DNA of 64,000 nucleotides from an uncultured delta proteobacterium. Lineage in GTDB: Bacteria; Desulfobacterota; Binatia; JACPRU01. Both the position numbers and the translations under genes were made by a program. The notes beneath the pieces were generated by a model. That model had not been told where the DNA came from. It made no database searches and saw nothing but the letters and a program-made list of their open reading frames with translations. This document shows, one piece after another, positions 52,317 through 61,230 of the stretch. Location: contig CAVUWD010000016.1 of assembly GCA_963745025.1 (NCBI GenBank), forward strand, positions 1,056,001-1,120,000, given 5' to 3'. The stretch's first letter is position 1, and each line of letters starts with the position of its first letter.

Positions 52317-52751
52317 ATGAAACGAACCATTTCGCGCGCCCTCGGCCTGCTTCTCGTGGCCGCCTGTCTCCTCGCCGCGACGCACACTGCTTCGTTCGCC
52401 CTTTCGCCGTGGCCGAACGACTTGCGCCAGCCGGCCCTCTACATCATCGAGGGCTACCTCGATCGCGCGCCGCAGGACGCCAAGATCCAGGACCGAATCG
52501 ACATCACCGCGCACGGTCGGCGGCATACCCTACTGGTCACGCGCTACGGGACGCCCGGCGAAACCGGGCTCGATGGCTACCTTTCGCGCGTGATGGCGCA
52601 GCCGTTCGCCATCGAAGGGACGTCCGAGGACGTCGACCGCCTCGTGGATGCGCCGCTAGGAACGAAGATCGCCGGCATGTTCGCCGCGTACACGCACGGG
52701 TCGCCCTGGCTGCTGATCGCGGATCTCACCGCTCCTGCTCCGGAGTCGTGA
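52317..52751 (+). CDS. Secreted hypothetical protein
   Basis: Signal peptide ..ASFA; coherent 144-aa ORF. Confidence 0.65.
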   Translation: MKRTISRALGLLLVAACLLAATHTASFALSPWPNDLRQPALYIIEGYLDRAPQDAKIQDRIDITAHGRRHTLLVTRYGTPGETGLDGYLSRVMAQPFAIEGTSEDVDRLVDAPLGTKIAGMFAAYTHGSPWLLIADLTAPAPES

Positions 52752-52759
52752 GGCCGAGC

Positions 52760-53020
52760 GAGAAGTCAAAGTTGAAGAGGTCGAGGCGAAGCTGCGTGAC
52801 GGCGCCGAGCTTCACCGCGCCTTGGTCGATGTGCTTGGCGACTGTCCCCCGCGGCTCATGCCCGAGAAGCCGGCGGCGCCCAAGTCGCTCACGCTCCGCG
52901 AATACTACGCGCGCTGGATCGAGACGAAGGTGCCGCCGCTCGTGCGCGCTTCGGCCGCTCGACCGCACCGCTCCGCGTTCAAATCCATCCTCCTGCCTGC
53001 GCTGGGCGACACGCTGCTTC
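52760..53020 (+). pseudogene. Integrase N-terminal (core-binding) relic
   Basis: TLREYYARWIETKVPPLVRASAARPHRSAFKSILLPALGD. Confidence 0.55.
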
Positions 53021-53675
53021 TCAGATGCGATTGTGGACGCTGTCCTGGTCAAGCCCGACGCGCGGGCCTCGGAGGAAGAGATGCTCGCGCGCCAGCGGCT
53101 GACCTTCCTCCCGAACCGCGTCCTCACCGTCGCAGCCGAAGGACGACACCTAACAGAAGAAGACCCTCGGGCCTCTACTCGAAGGCCGCAAGGCAATCGG
53201 CGGAAAGGTCACGGGCTAGGTCTGCGAGGCGCAGGTCTGCAAGCTGCTGACCACGGACCCCGAGGTGTTCGCAAAGCAGATCGCCGCACGCGGCTCGGCA
53301 GCTCGGTGAGAACGTGGGTCTCCCCTCAGCCCTGCACCGCTGCGGCACGGGAACCTCCGGGTCGGGGCTTATCGTAGCAGCCTGAAAACCTCGAGCATCC
53401 CCTCGGTGTCACGCCGGCAGTAGGCGCGGAGCTGGAGCGCGAGCTCGTGCGCACGCAGGAAACGCTCGAAGACGGCGTTCGGGGCCCGTACCGGCGTGCG
53501 TACGACGTGGATACTTGTCGCCGCGGCTACCGAGAGTCGAACCGGCCACCGAACTTGTCGTCATGGTCGCGGACGAGCCGCTGGCAAGCGCGCCCCACGC
53601 GGTGGCTTCCCGTCTCTTTCCTCGCCGGATACAATGGATCATCTTTAGACGCATCGCCCGCCACCGGAGGCCCGC

Positions 53676-54209
53676 ATGGACTGCCCGAAGGATCGGACTC
53701 CTCTTGAGGTCGTTCACTTTCACTCAATCCCAATACACCGGTGTCTTAAGTGCGAAGGCACGTGGTACGAGACAGATCAGTTGCGAATTCTCAAGGACAA
53801 GGAGGCGCACGGGGACTACTGCTGGATCAATCTCGATCTCTGGCGTGACACCGCCAAATTCCGGGCTGCCTCCTCTTCGCGGTACACATGCCCTGCGGAT
53901 AGTACGCCACTGATCCCTGTCCACTATGGAAACACGATTATCGTTGCCGACATATGTCAGACGTGCAAAGGCGTATGGCTCGACAAGGGCGAGTATGCAC
54001 GGATTATCAAGTTTCTTGCCGATGCCGTGGATGCCCAATCGGTTGGAGATTATCTCAGCGATTTGCGCGACGAGTTCGGAGAAATAGTGAGGGGGCATCC
54101 GTTGGCGGGGCTCAAGGGAATCGAGAAGGTGCTCTACCTGCTGGAGTTGCGCTTCTTTGTTCAGCATCCGCAGCTATTGCGCGGCGTCCAGTCTCTGCCT
54201 CGCGCCTAG
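53676..54209 (+). CDS. Double zf-TFIIB zinc-ribbon protein
   Basis: MDCPKD..RCLKCEGTW, CP.D..DICQTCKGVWLDKGE. Confidence 0.85.
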   Translation: MDCPKDRTPLEVVHFHSIPIHRCLKCEGTWYETDQLRILKDKEAHGDYCWINLDLWRDTAKFRAASSSRYTCPADSTPLIPVHYGNTIIVADICQTCKGVWLDKGEYARIIKFLADAVDAQSVGDYLSDLRDEFGEIVRGHPLAGLKGIEKVLYLLELRFFVQHPQLLRGVQSLPRA

Positions 54210-54718
54210 CGATGGGCGTCGCGCCCTATACGCCGACCGGAGGGGCACGATGAGTTCGGCAGAAGAGCAAGACGTTCAGCGGTTGATGGGTATAGCGAAC
54301 GCAACCGCGTGGATGCGTCCGGTGGCGGGATTGGGTGCCACCGTGACTTCCTTCTGGCGGCGTCCCGCTTTCCGCTGCCATCACGGAGGAATCGCCTCCC
54401 GTAGCCGTTCTCTCCAAAGCAACGACGGCCACCGCAGACGCGGTTATCACGGTCGCGGTCTTTGGATCGAGCCAAGAGAGATACGAGGGACGATTGCGCT
54501 CGATCAAGAGCTGTCCGGATTGCTCGCGAGCTGCACAGTGCGGCCCAATTCTCGTGGAGTTCGCCGGGCCGGCCGAGAGCGCAGAAGCGCAAAGCCGCAC
54601 AGCGTACCAGATTCTCAAGAATCAGTACGGCTGCGAGTAGCCGCTCGGCGCGGGCAGGCCTCGCCCGCAGGCGCGACGGGGCACTGGGAGGCCTCCGAAA
54701 CGTCTCAGAAGGGGTGGG

Positions 54719-54738
54719 CTGTGCCCCAACTGTGCCCA
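54719..54738. repeat. CTGTGCCC direct repeat, integrase arm-site-like
   Basis: CTGTGCCCC-AA-CTGTGCCCA, 11-bp period. Confidence 0.45.
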
Positions 54739-54965
54739 ACCACGCGGGCTACTCGACGACGCGGTGTCCGTTTGCGGGGGCGTAGGCGACTTTGCTCCTG
54801 TGAATCCCTTCCTGCCCTGGACGAACACAGGCTCGGCGGCGAGTCGACACGATCGGGGCGACGAGACTATAGAAGCGCAGAGCGATGCCGAACCTGTACA
54901 ATCTCGGGGACCGCCCGCTCCATGGGCAAGATGCCGTGGTGCGGCAAATTCAGGAGTGAGAGCAC

Positions 54966-55799
54966 ATGCACATAGATGCGAATGAGATCGTACGCACCGC
55001 CTTGAACGTCGGCACCCGAGTGGCGCTGCAGTTGATCGGCGCCTTCGTCATGTGGATCGTCGGTCGGCGTCTGATCGCCCTGGCGATGCGGCTCGTGAGC
55101 CGCGCCATGACGCACGAGAACATCGACAAGACCCTGATCAGCTACGTCACGTCGAGCCTTTCCGTGCTCCTCACCGTCGTCCTCGTCGTGGCGATTTTGG
55201 GGTTCTTCGGCATCGAGACGACGTCGTTCGCGGCAGTGCTAGCGGCCGGTGGCGTCGCCATCGGCGTGGCATGGAGCGGCATGCTCGCCAACTTCGCGGC
55301 CGGGGCGTTTCTCATCGCCTTGCGGCCGTTCAAGGTCGGCGATTTCGTGACCGCGGGCGGCGTGACCGGAACCGTGATGGAGATCGGCCTGTTCGGCAGC
55401 GTGATCAACACGCCCGACAACATCCGTACCATCATCGGCAACAACAAGATCTTCTCGGATACGATCCAGAACTTCTCGGCCACCCCGCACCGCCGCGTCG
55501 ATCTGGTCGCGCAGCTCAATCACGGCGTCGATCACAAGACGGCGATCCGTCTTCTCAAGGAGCGACTCTCGAAGATCCCGAACGTGCTCGCCGATCCAGC
55601 CCCGACGGTCGAGATCCTGGAGGCGAACCTCGCCGGCCCGGTGCTCTGCGTGCGCCCACACTGCCACAACGATCACTACTGGCAGGTATACTTCGACACC
55701 AATCGCCTGATCCGCGAGACCTTCGGCGAGGCAGGCTTCCCGGCACCGGAGCAGCACTACGCGGTGCGCAATCCAACACCGGGGGATAGCCGGTACTAG
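54966..55799 (+). CDS. mscS: Small-conductance mechanosensitive channel
   Basis: RPFKVGDFV..G..GTV.EIGLF...DN...N, RRVD. Confidence 0.92.
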   Translation: MHIDANEIVRTALNVGTRVALQLIGAFVMWIVGRRLIALAMRLVSRAMTHENIDKTLISYVTSSLSVLLTVVLVVAILGFFGIETTSFAAVLAAGGVAIGVAWSGMLANFAAGAFLIALRPFKVGDFVTAGGVTGTVMEIGLFGSVINTPDNIRTIIGNNKIFSDTIQNFSATPHRRVDLVAQLNHGVDHKTAIRLLKERLSKIPNVLADPAPTVEILEANLAGPVLCVRPHCHNDHYWQVYFDTNRLIRETFGEAGFPAPEQHYAVRNPTPGDSRY

Positions 55800-55862
55800 G
55801 GCCCGAAGTTGGATCTCGGACATCGGCACTGCCATTCTCCCGCTCTACGCCCGCTTTGACGG
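55781..55862 (+). repeat. 82-bp repeat copy B
   Basis: GGGGGATAG..GTACTAG.GCCCGAAGTTGGATCTCGGACA.CGGCACTGCC..CGCTCTACGCCCGCTTTGACGG, near-identical to 56935-57016. Confidence 0.92.
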
Positions 55863-55947
55863 TTCGATAGCATTGCGGCGCGCCCGTCGCTTGCGGCGCC
55901 TGCGCCGCCGGCGGCATCATCGGGCAGCGCCACGATGGGAAAACGCC

Positions 55948-56256
55948 ATGCTTGAACTCAGGCCCACCTGCGAACACTGCAACCGCCTGTTGCCCCCTGA
56001 ATCCGCCGAGGCATGGATCTGTTCGGTCGAATGCACGTACTGTGGCGACTGCGTGGAAAATGTGCTGCGCAACGTGTGCCCGAACTGCGGCGCCGGGTTC
56101 ATGCCGAGGCCTGTGCGCCCCTCGAAGAACCTGAAGGGCGACAACTATCTCGGCAAGTATCCGGCGAGCACCAAAGTGAAACACCGGCCTGTGGATGCCG
56201 CGGCGCACGCGGAGTTTTCGGCGGCGATCGGAAAAATTCCACCCGAGAAGCGTTAG
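55948..56256 (+). CDS. DUF1272 protein
   Basis: MLELRPTCEHC..ICSVECTYC..C..CPNCG..RPVRP. Confidence 0.9.
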   Translation: MLELRPTCEHCNRLLPPESAEAWICSVECTYCGDCVENVLRNVCPNCGAGFMPRPVRPSKNLKGDNYLGKYPASTKVKHRPVDAAAHAEFSAAIGKIPPEKR

Positions 56257-56269
56257 CGAGGAGAACACC

Positions 56270-56620
56270 ATGCAAACCGTGAAGGACGCAGGCCCCCTGT
56301 ATGACGTCGAACGCCGGGCAGAACACGCCGCGCGGCCGGGCTTCCGCATCACCGAGTTGCAGATCTCGAAGAAGCAGAAGGTGCCCTGGCACTATCACAA
56401 CAACATCCAGGATACGTTCTACGTGCTGCAGGGAAGCCTGAGGATATTCATGCAGGATCCGAAGGAGGAAATCCGGCTCGGAGTCGGCGAGACATACTCA
56501 GTCAAATCGCGCCGGCCGCACCTGGTGACCAACGGCGGCGAGGATTCGGCGACCTTCTTCGTGCTGCAGGGCGTCGGCGAATACGATTTCGTCCCGCTCC
56601 TCGAGAAGAACGCGGGCTGA
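56270..56620 (+). CDS. Cupin-domain protein
   Basis: PWHYH..DTFYVLQG..RPH. Confidence 0.88.
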   Translation: MQTVKDAGPLYDVERRAEHAARPGFRITELQISKKQKVPWHYHNNIQDTFYVLQGSLRIFMQDPKEEIRLGVGETYSVKSRRPHLVTNGGEDSATFFVLQGVGEYDFVPLLEKNAG

Positions 56621-56621
56621 C

Positions 56622-56915
56622 ATGAGCCAATCGATGCGGGCCAAGGCGACATCCAGGCTGCTGCAGGAAACCGACCGCGCCATCGTCACCGAGTGGCGCT
56701 TCGCGCCCGGGGCGGAGACGGGATGGCACCGGCACGCGCATGACTACATTGTGGTGGTGCTGACCGCCGGCAAGTTGATGCAGGAAACGAACAACGGGGA
56801 AATCGTCACCGAACTCGCCTTCGGGCAGTCGTACGCGCGCGAGGTCGGCGTCGAGCACAACGTCGTCAATCCGAATCCGCACGAATTCGTGTTTGTCGAA
56901 GTGGAGCTGAAATGA
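56622..56915 (+). CDS. Cupin-domain protein
   Basis: TGWHRH.HDY..GVEHNVVN..FVEVE. Confidence 0.88.
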   Translation: MSQSMRAKATSRLLQETDRAIVTEWRFAPGAETGWHRHAHDYIVVVLTAGKLMQETNNGEIVTELAFGQSYAREVGVEHNVVNPNPHEFVFVEVELK

Positions 56916-56934
56916 GGCTGCCGTCATGATTCGT

Positions 56935-57126
56935 GGGGGATAGGCTGTACTAGCGCCCGAAGTTGGATCTCGGACACCGGCACTGCCGCTCTACCGCTCT
57001 ACGCCCGCTTTGACGGGGCGCACAAAGCGACGCCGTTCAGCGCGGCTCCAGGCGGATGGCGACCGAACGCGAGGTGTCGGCGATCAGGCCGATCCAGCAG
57101 TCGGCGAAGCCGTACTTCTCGGCAAG
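56935..57126 (+). repeat. Repeat copy C (82-bp unit plus 3' end of an FDOR-like gene on the minus strand)
   Basis: Minus strand LAEKYGFADCWIGLIADTSRSVAIRLEPR*, near-identical to 27595-27683. Confidence 0.92.
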
Positions 57127-57240
57127 GGGATAGCGCCTTCAAAATCAGCAGCAACCTCCGGAGCTTGTTCGCGCAACTCTTACGGGAACGGTCCCCCGAA
57201 AACGATCGTTCCGCTATTCTGAAAGGATGGTCCCTCGGTG

Positions 57241-57750
57241 ATGACAAAGCGCGCGTTCCTCATAGCTGTGGCGGGATCGTTCGCCGCCGCGCTGCTTCCG
57301 CGACGGAACTCGCCTGCCCATGCCGTCGAGGTTGAAACCTTCGAGGTCACCAAAAGTGACGAGGAGTGGCGGCGCATCCTCTCGCCCACGGCCTATGCCG
57401 TGCTGCGCGAGGAAGACACCGAGCGAGCCGGCACCAGTCCGCTGAACCAGGAGCATCGCCCCGGCGTCTACCGCTGCGCCGGGTGTTCGCTGCCCGTATT
57501 CTCCTCCGACGCGAAGTTCGAGAGCGGAACGGGGTGGCCGAGCTTCTGGGAGCCAATCGAAGGTGCGATTCGTTCCCGCAAGGAAGGAGTCCAGTATTTC
57601 ATCCCGGGGATCGAGGTACACTGCCGGCGGTGCGGCGGACATCTCGGACACGTGTTCGACGACGGCCCGCCCCCGACCCATCAGCGCTACTGCATCAACG
57701 GCGTCGCGCTCGCGTTCGAGCCCCACTCCGGAACGCCCGAGAAAGGATGA
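57241..57750 (+). CDS. msrB: Peptide-methionine (R)-S-oxide reductase with Tat-like leader
   Basis: TKRAFL leader; CAGC, KFESGTGWPSF, CRRCGGHLGHVF.DGP, RYCING. Confidence 0.95.
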   Translation: MTKRAFLIAVAGSFAAALLPRRNSPAHAVEVETFEVTKSDEEWRRILSPTAYAVLREEDTERAGTSPLNQEHRPGVYRCAGCSLPVFSSDAKFESGTGWPSFWEPIEGAIRSRKEGVQYFIPGIEVHCRRCGGHLGHVFDDGPPPTHQRYCINGVALAFEPHSGTPEKG

Positions 57751-58008
57751 TCTCGTGAGGCTCGCTTCGATGCCCGCCTGGCTGTTGCTCCTGGTTGTCG
57801 CTCCCGCACTCGCAGGTCGTGGCGCTTTCTCTCATGGTCCAGGTGATCTCGCGACGGCAGCCGGTGGGTCTACGCGTGCTCGTTGCGCCGGTTTGCGCCG
57901 CTATTCGTGCTCGCGGTCCTCGTTTCCGCCATCTTGATCCGCATCAGGAGGTAGTCCTGTTCGCGGTTCGATTCCCGGTAGGACCACTTCCGATCCTGTT
58001 GGTCGCGC

Positions 58009-59805
58009 TCAGCCGCGCTTAACTTCGAGCTCGGCCCAGCGGGCGTAGAGACGCTCGACCGCGTGCTGGGCGTCGTCGAGGGCGCGACAGCGCGCGGCGA
58101 GCTCGGCCGCGTTCGAGGCGATCGTCGGATCGGTCGCCGCCGCCTCGCGGCTCGCAACCATGGATTCGGCGGCAAGAATGGCGGCTTCCATTCCCTCCCA
58201 CTCGCGCTGCTCAGCCCACGTGAGCGAGCGCCTCGCGCTCTTCGCCGCCGCCGGCCGCGCCGATGGACGGGACCTCGTCTCGAGCGCATCCCGCTGCCGG
58301 CGTGCCGATTCCCACTGATCGTAGTCGGCGAACGGGGTGACGATTCCGCTGCCATCGAGCGCGAGCACGCTCGTCGTCACGCGCTCGAACAGAAAACGAT
58401 CGTGGGTCACCAGCAGGACCGCGCCCGGAAACTCGACGAGGCTCTCCTCGAGTACCTCGAGGGTGGCGATGTCGAGATCGTTGGTCGGCTCGTCGAGCAC
58501 GAGGAGATCGGCGGGCCAGAGCATCAGGGCGGCGACGTGGACACGGGCCTGCTCGCCCCCCGAGAGGCGGCCGACCGGCATGGCGAGCGCCTCGGGCGGA
58601 AACAGGAATCGACGCGCCCAAGCGGCAACGTGCATCGGCTTGCCACCGAACACGACCTGATCCCCCTCCGGCGCCAGCGCGCGGCAGAGCGGAATCGAGG
58701 GGTCGAGCCCGCTGCGATGCTGGTCGAGCGTGGCGATGCGCAGACCCTCGGCGTGTTCGACGCGGCCGGCGTCGGGCTCGAGGTCGCCGGTGAGGAGCCG
58801 CAGCAGCGTCGACTTTCCGCTGCCGTTCGGACCGAGGAGCCCGAGGCGCGTTCCCGGAGAGAGGACGAGGCTCAGGTCGTCGATCAGGCGTCGCTCATTG
58901 AATCGCTTGGCGATGTGCTCGGCGACGACGAGGCGCTTCGTCCGCCGATCGGTCGCGGAGAACTCGATGCCCGCGGTCCTCGTCTCTTGCCTGGCTTGTA
59001 CGCTCGCCAGCTCTTCGATCATCCGCCTCGCGTTCTGGATGCGCGCCTGCGCCTTCGTCGTTCGTGCCTTCGGGCCTCGCCGAAGCCACTCGACCTCGCG
59101 CCGCACCCGGTTGGCCAGCGTCTCCTGCCAGCGTGCCTGCTCGCGCAGCGCCGCGTCCTTCCGTTCGAGGAACTCGCTGTAGCGGCCGCGGGTCTCGAAG
59201 AAGCCGCCCTCGTGGACGGGATCGAGGTCGATCACTCGCCGTGTCACGTGCTCGAGAAACCAGCGATCGTGGCTGACCACGAGAAATGCCGCCGGCTCCG
59301 TGGCCAGCAGCTCCTCGAGCCAGAGGATTCCCTCCAGGTCGAGATGATTCGTCGGCTCATCGAGAAGCAGAAGCTCCGGCACCGCGACGAGAGCGCGCGC
59401 GACGGCGAGGCGCTTCTGCCATCCACCGGAAAGCGTCGCCGGAGTCACATCGGGATCGGAGAAGCCCGAGCGCCCGAGGGTCACGCGAACGCGGGCCGTT
59501 CGGATGGCTTCGTCGAGGTCGCCGGCTGGGATTGCCGCCCCGAGGATCGCCGCTACCGTCTGGTCGCTCGGGAATTCCGGATGCTGCGGCACGTAGGCGA
59601 GACGGGAAAGGCGCCGGAAGCTGACCACTCCGGCGTCGGGCTCCTCAATTCCCGCGAGCACGCGAAGCAGCGTCGACTTGCCGCTGCCGTTCGGACCGAC
59701 GAGCCCAATTCTATCCCCCTCCTCGATCGCCAACGAAAGATCGGCGAACAAGGGCTGCGCGCCGAAACGCTTCGAGATCTTCTGACAACCGAGCAGCGGG
59801 GGCAT
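58009..59805 (-). CDS. uup: ABC-F ATPase Uup
   Basis: Two GPNGSGKS/LSGG/DEPTN domains; PKARTTK linker; C-terminal LYARWAELE. Confidence 0.9.
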   Translation of the reverse strand: MPPLLGCQKISKRFGAQPLFADLSLAIEEGDRIGLVGPNGSGKSTLLRVLAGIEEPDAGVVSFRRLSRLAYVPQHPEFPSDQTVAAILGAAIPAGDLDEAIRTARVRVTLGRSGFSDPDVTPATLSGGWQKRLAVARALVAVPELLLLDEPTNHLDLEGILWLEELLATEPAAFLVVSHDRWFLEHVTRRVIDLDPVHEGGFFETRGRYSEFLERKDAALREQARWQETLANRVRREVEWLRRGPKARTTKAQARIQNARRMIEELASVQARQETRTAGIEFSATDRRTKRLVVAEHIAKRFNERRLIDDLSLVLSPGTRLGLLGPNGSGKSTLLRLLTGDLEPDAGRVEHAEGLRIATLDQHRSGLDPSIPLCRALAPEGDQVVFGGKPMHVAAWARRFLFPPEALAMPVGRLSGGEQARVHVAALMLWPADLLVLDEPTNDLDIATLEVLEESLVEFPGAVLLVTHDRFLFERVTTSVLALDGSGIVTPFADYDQWESARRQRDALETRSRPSARPAAAKSARRSLTWAEQREWEGMEAAILAAESMVASREAAATDPTIASNAAELAARCRALDDAQHAVERLYARWAELEVKRG

Positions 59806-60347
59806 CGCCCCAGTTGTGGCAACGACTCGGCCGCCTGTCGATCCCATCAGCTAGCTTCGCGGCGCGTGCTACCGGCCAGGAACAGCCAGATCGACACTGA
59901 CCGAAAGAGGGGTCAGACAACTGTTCTGATCACCGTCGTCACCGCCCCTGCAACGTCGATGGTGTTCTGTCGCGCGCTCGCATCCGGCAGGGCACCATCC
60001 TGAGTGTGCAGCCGGGCGCTCGTCTACACCTTGTGGTCACGGCAGCGCCGATCGCAGGGGGCCCGCGTCATCGCATTCGGCGCACTCCTCGCCGTCGATC
60101 TCATGGTACAGGCGCGAATCGCGGTGCCCCCTGCGACCGTCTGACGCTGGGGCGAAGCTGCCACCCTTTCGCCACCACTTCTCTTAGAAAGGTCTACACC
60201 GCTCTGGCGGCAGCGGTGTTCGGGGACCCACAACAGACAAGGGTTTGGATGACTTTAGACGGGAGTGCCCCTGGCCTTTTGGCGATTGGCAATCCTGCGT
60301 CTTAGGGACCTTGCTCGGCCGCCTCTCCGCGAGCTCAAACTCGAGAA

Positions 60348-60403
60348 CAGCCCCATTTCAGCCCCACGAAGGAAAAAAGGGGTTACCCTGCTACGGGTAA
60401 CCC
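60348..60403 (-). terminator. 9-bp hairpin with T6 tail, plus CAGCCCCA arm-like direct repeats
   Basis: GGGTTACCC-TGCTAC-GGGTAACCC (60380-60403); A6 at 60373-60378; CAGCCCCA-TTT-CAGCCCCA (60348-60366). Confidence 0.65.
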
Positions 60404-60416
60404 ATTGATTTCTCAG

Positions 60417-60466
60417 AGCGGGAGACGGGGATTGAACCCGCGACCTTCTCGTTGGCAACGAGACGC
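60417..60466 (-). mobile_element. 3' portion of tRNA-Gly(GCC): att-site relic
   Basis: Minus strand GCG-TCTCG-TTGCCAA-CGAGA-AGGTC-GCGGG-TTCAATC-CCCGT-CTCCCGC-T; 5' acceptor strand and D-arm absent. Confidence 0.85.
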
Positions 60467-60472
60467 ACGGCG

Positions 60473-60760
60473 CTATGCGGGATGATCCGCGCAGACCGGA
60501 GTTTCTGCTCGCTCGGCTGCCGTGATCGACCCACCCGAGACACTCGAAACCCGGTCGAGCTTTGGGAGGTATCCGAGCTCGTTCAGCCTCCAGAGTGCGC
60601 CCACGTGGAAGAGTATGGCGCGGTAGCCTCCGCCGGACAGACAGAGCGCGATCCCCGAGTCGGGAGCCGCATAAGGATCGTCCGTCTCGATGAACGTGAC
60701 GGGTTCGGTGAGACTCGGGCCGGTAGGTGTGCTCGTACCTCCTCTGGCGTCGAGGCTCAT
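60473..60760 (-). pseudogene. Patatin-like phospholipase N-terminal relic
   Basis: LCLSGGGYRA.LFH.GAL, SSVSGGS; truncated just before the att relic. Confidence 0.8.
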
Positions 60761-60768
60761 CTCTCCGC

Positions 60769-61014
60769 CTACGCGGCTCTAGCTGTCAATGTTTCGGCCC
60801 GGTACGACAACCAGCACGCGCGAAAGCCCAGAACAGCACGGTGGACCTCGGCCCACTCTTGGAGCGCCGCTGCATCGGCCGTCTCGGTTGACACGACCCA
60901 CGAGCGAAGGATCCGCCCGCCCCGAGCCATCACCGTGATCCTGGTGAGGCCATCCGGGCAAGGTCGCAAACGATAGATCTCAAGAGACCTCCCCGGCTGA
61001 TTGTCCGCAGACAT
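60769..61014 (-). CDS. Small hypothetical protein
   Basis: 81-aa ORF co-oriented with its neighbours; no motif recognised. Confidence 0.3.
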   Translation of the reverse strand: MSADNQPGRSLEIYRLRPCPDGLTRITVMARGGRILRSWVVSTETADAAALQEWAEVHRAVLGFRACWLSYRAETLTARAA

Positions 61015-61230
61015 TCCACACGGTGGCGCGCGGCGAGCAGAAAAAAGGCAGCGCGGAACGGCTCGAAGCGCACTGTTCCACGATGGAAGCTCTTCTCAAT
61101 CGTATGGCGGATTCGGTCTCTGCCCGGAGAGGCGCGGACGCTCGGGCGGAAGCACATTAACCGAAGCCAACAATGGCCTGGGTCTGGGCGACGAAAACCT
61201 CGACGAGCGCACCGTCAACGTCGGCTAACC

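Noticed and set aside
38755-57985. Scattered GGTTCGA T-loop-like words (38892, 41977, 51479, 53537, 55861, 57965) as secondary att sites
   Set aside because: A 7-mer is expected several times by chance in TCGA-rich DNA, and the stems are imperfect
18730-59855. Frequent intergenic CTAG as IS target scars
   Set aside because: No IS ends or transposase found, and TA-containing words are generally enriched in intergenic DNA
6674-60760. Classical integron cassette array
   Set aside because: No RYYYAAC..GTTRRRY attC hairpins recognised, genes lie in mixed orientation, and the integrase is phage/island type rather than IntI
60473-60760. CBASS CapV-type defence effector
   Set aside because: Only a truncated generic patatin; no CD-NTase nearby
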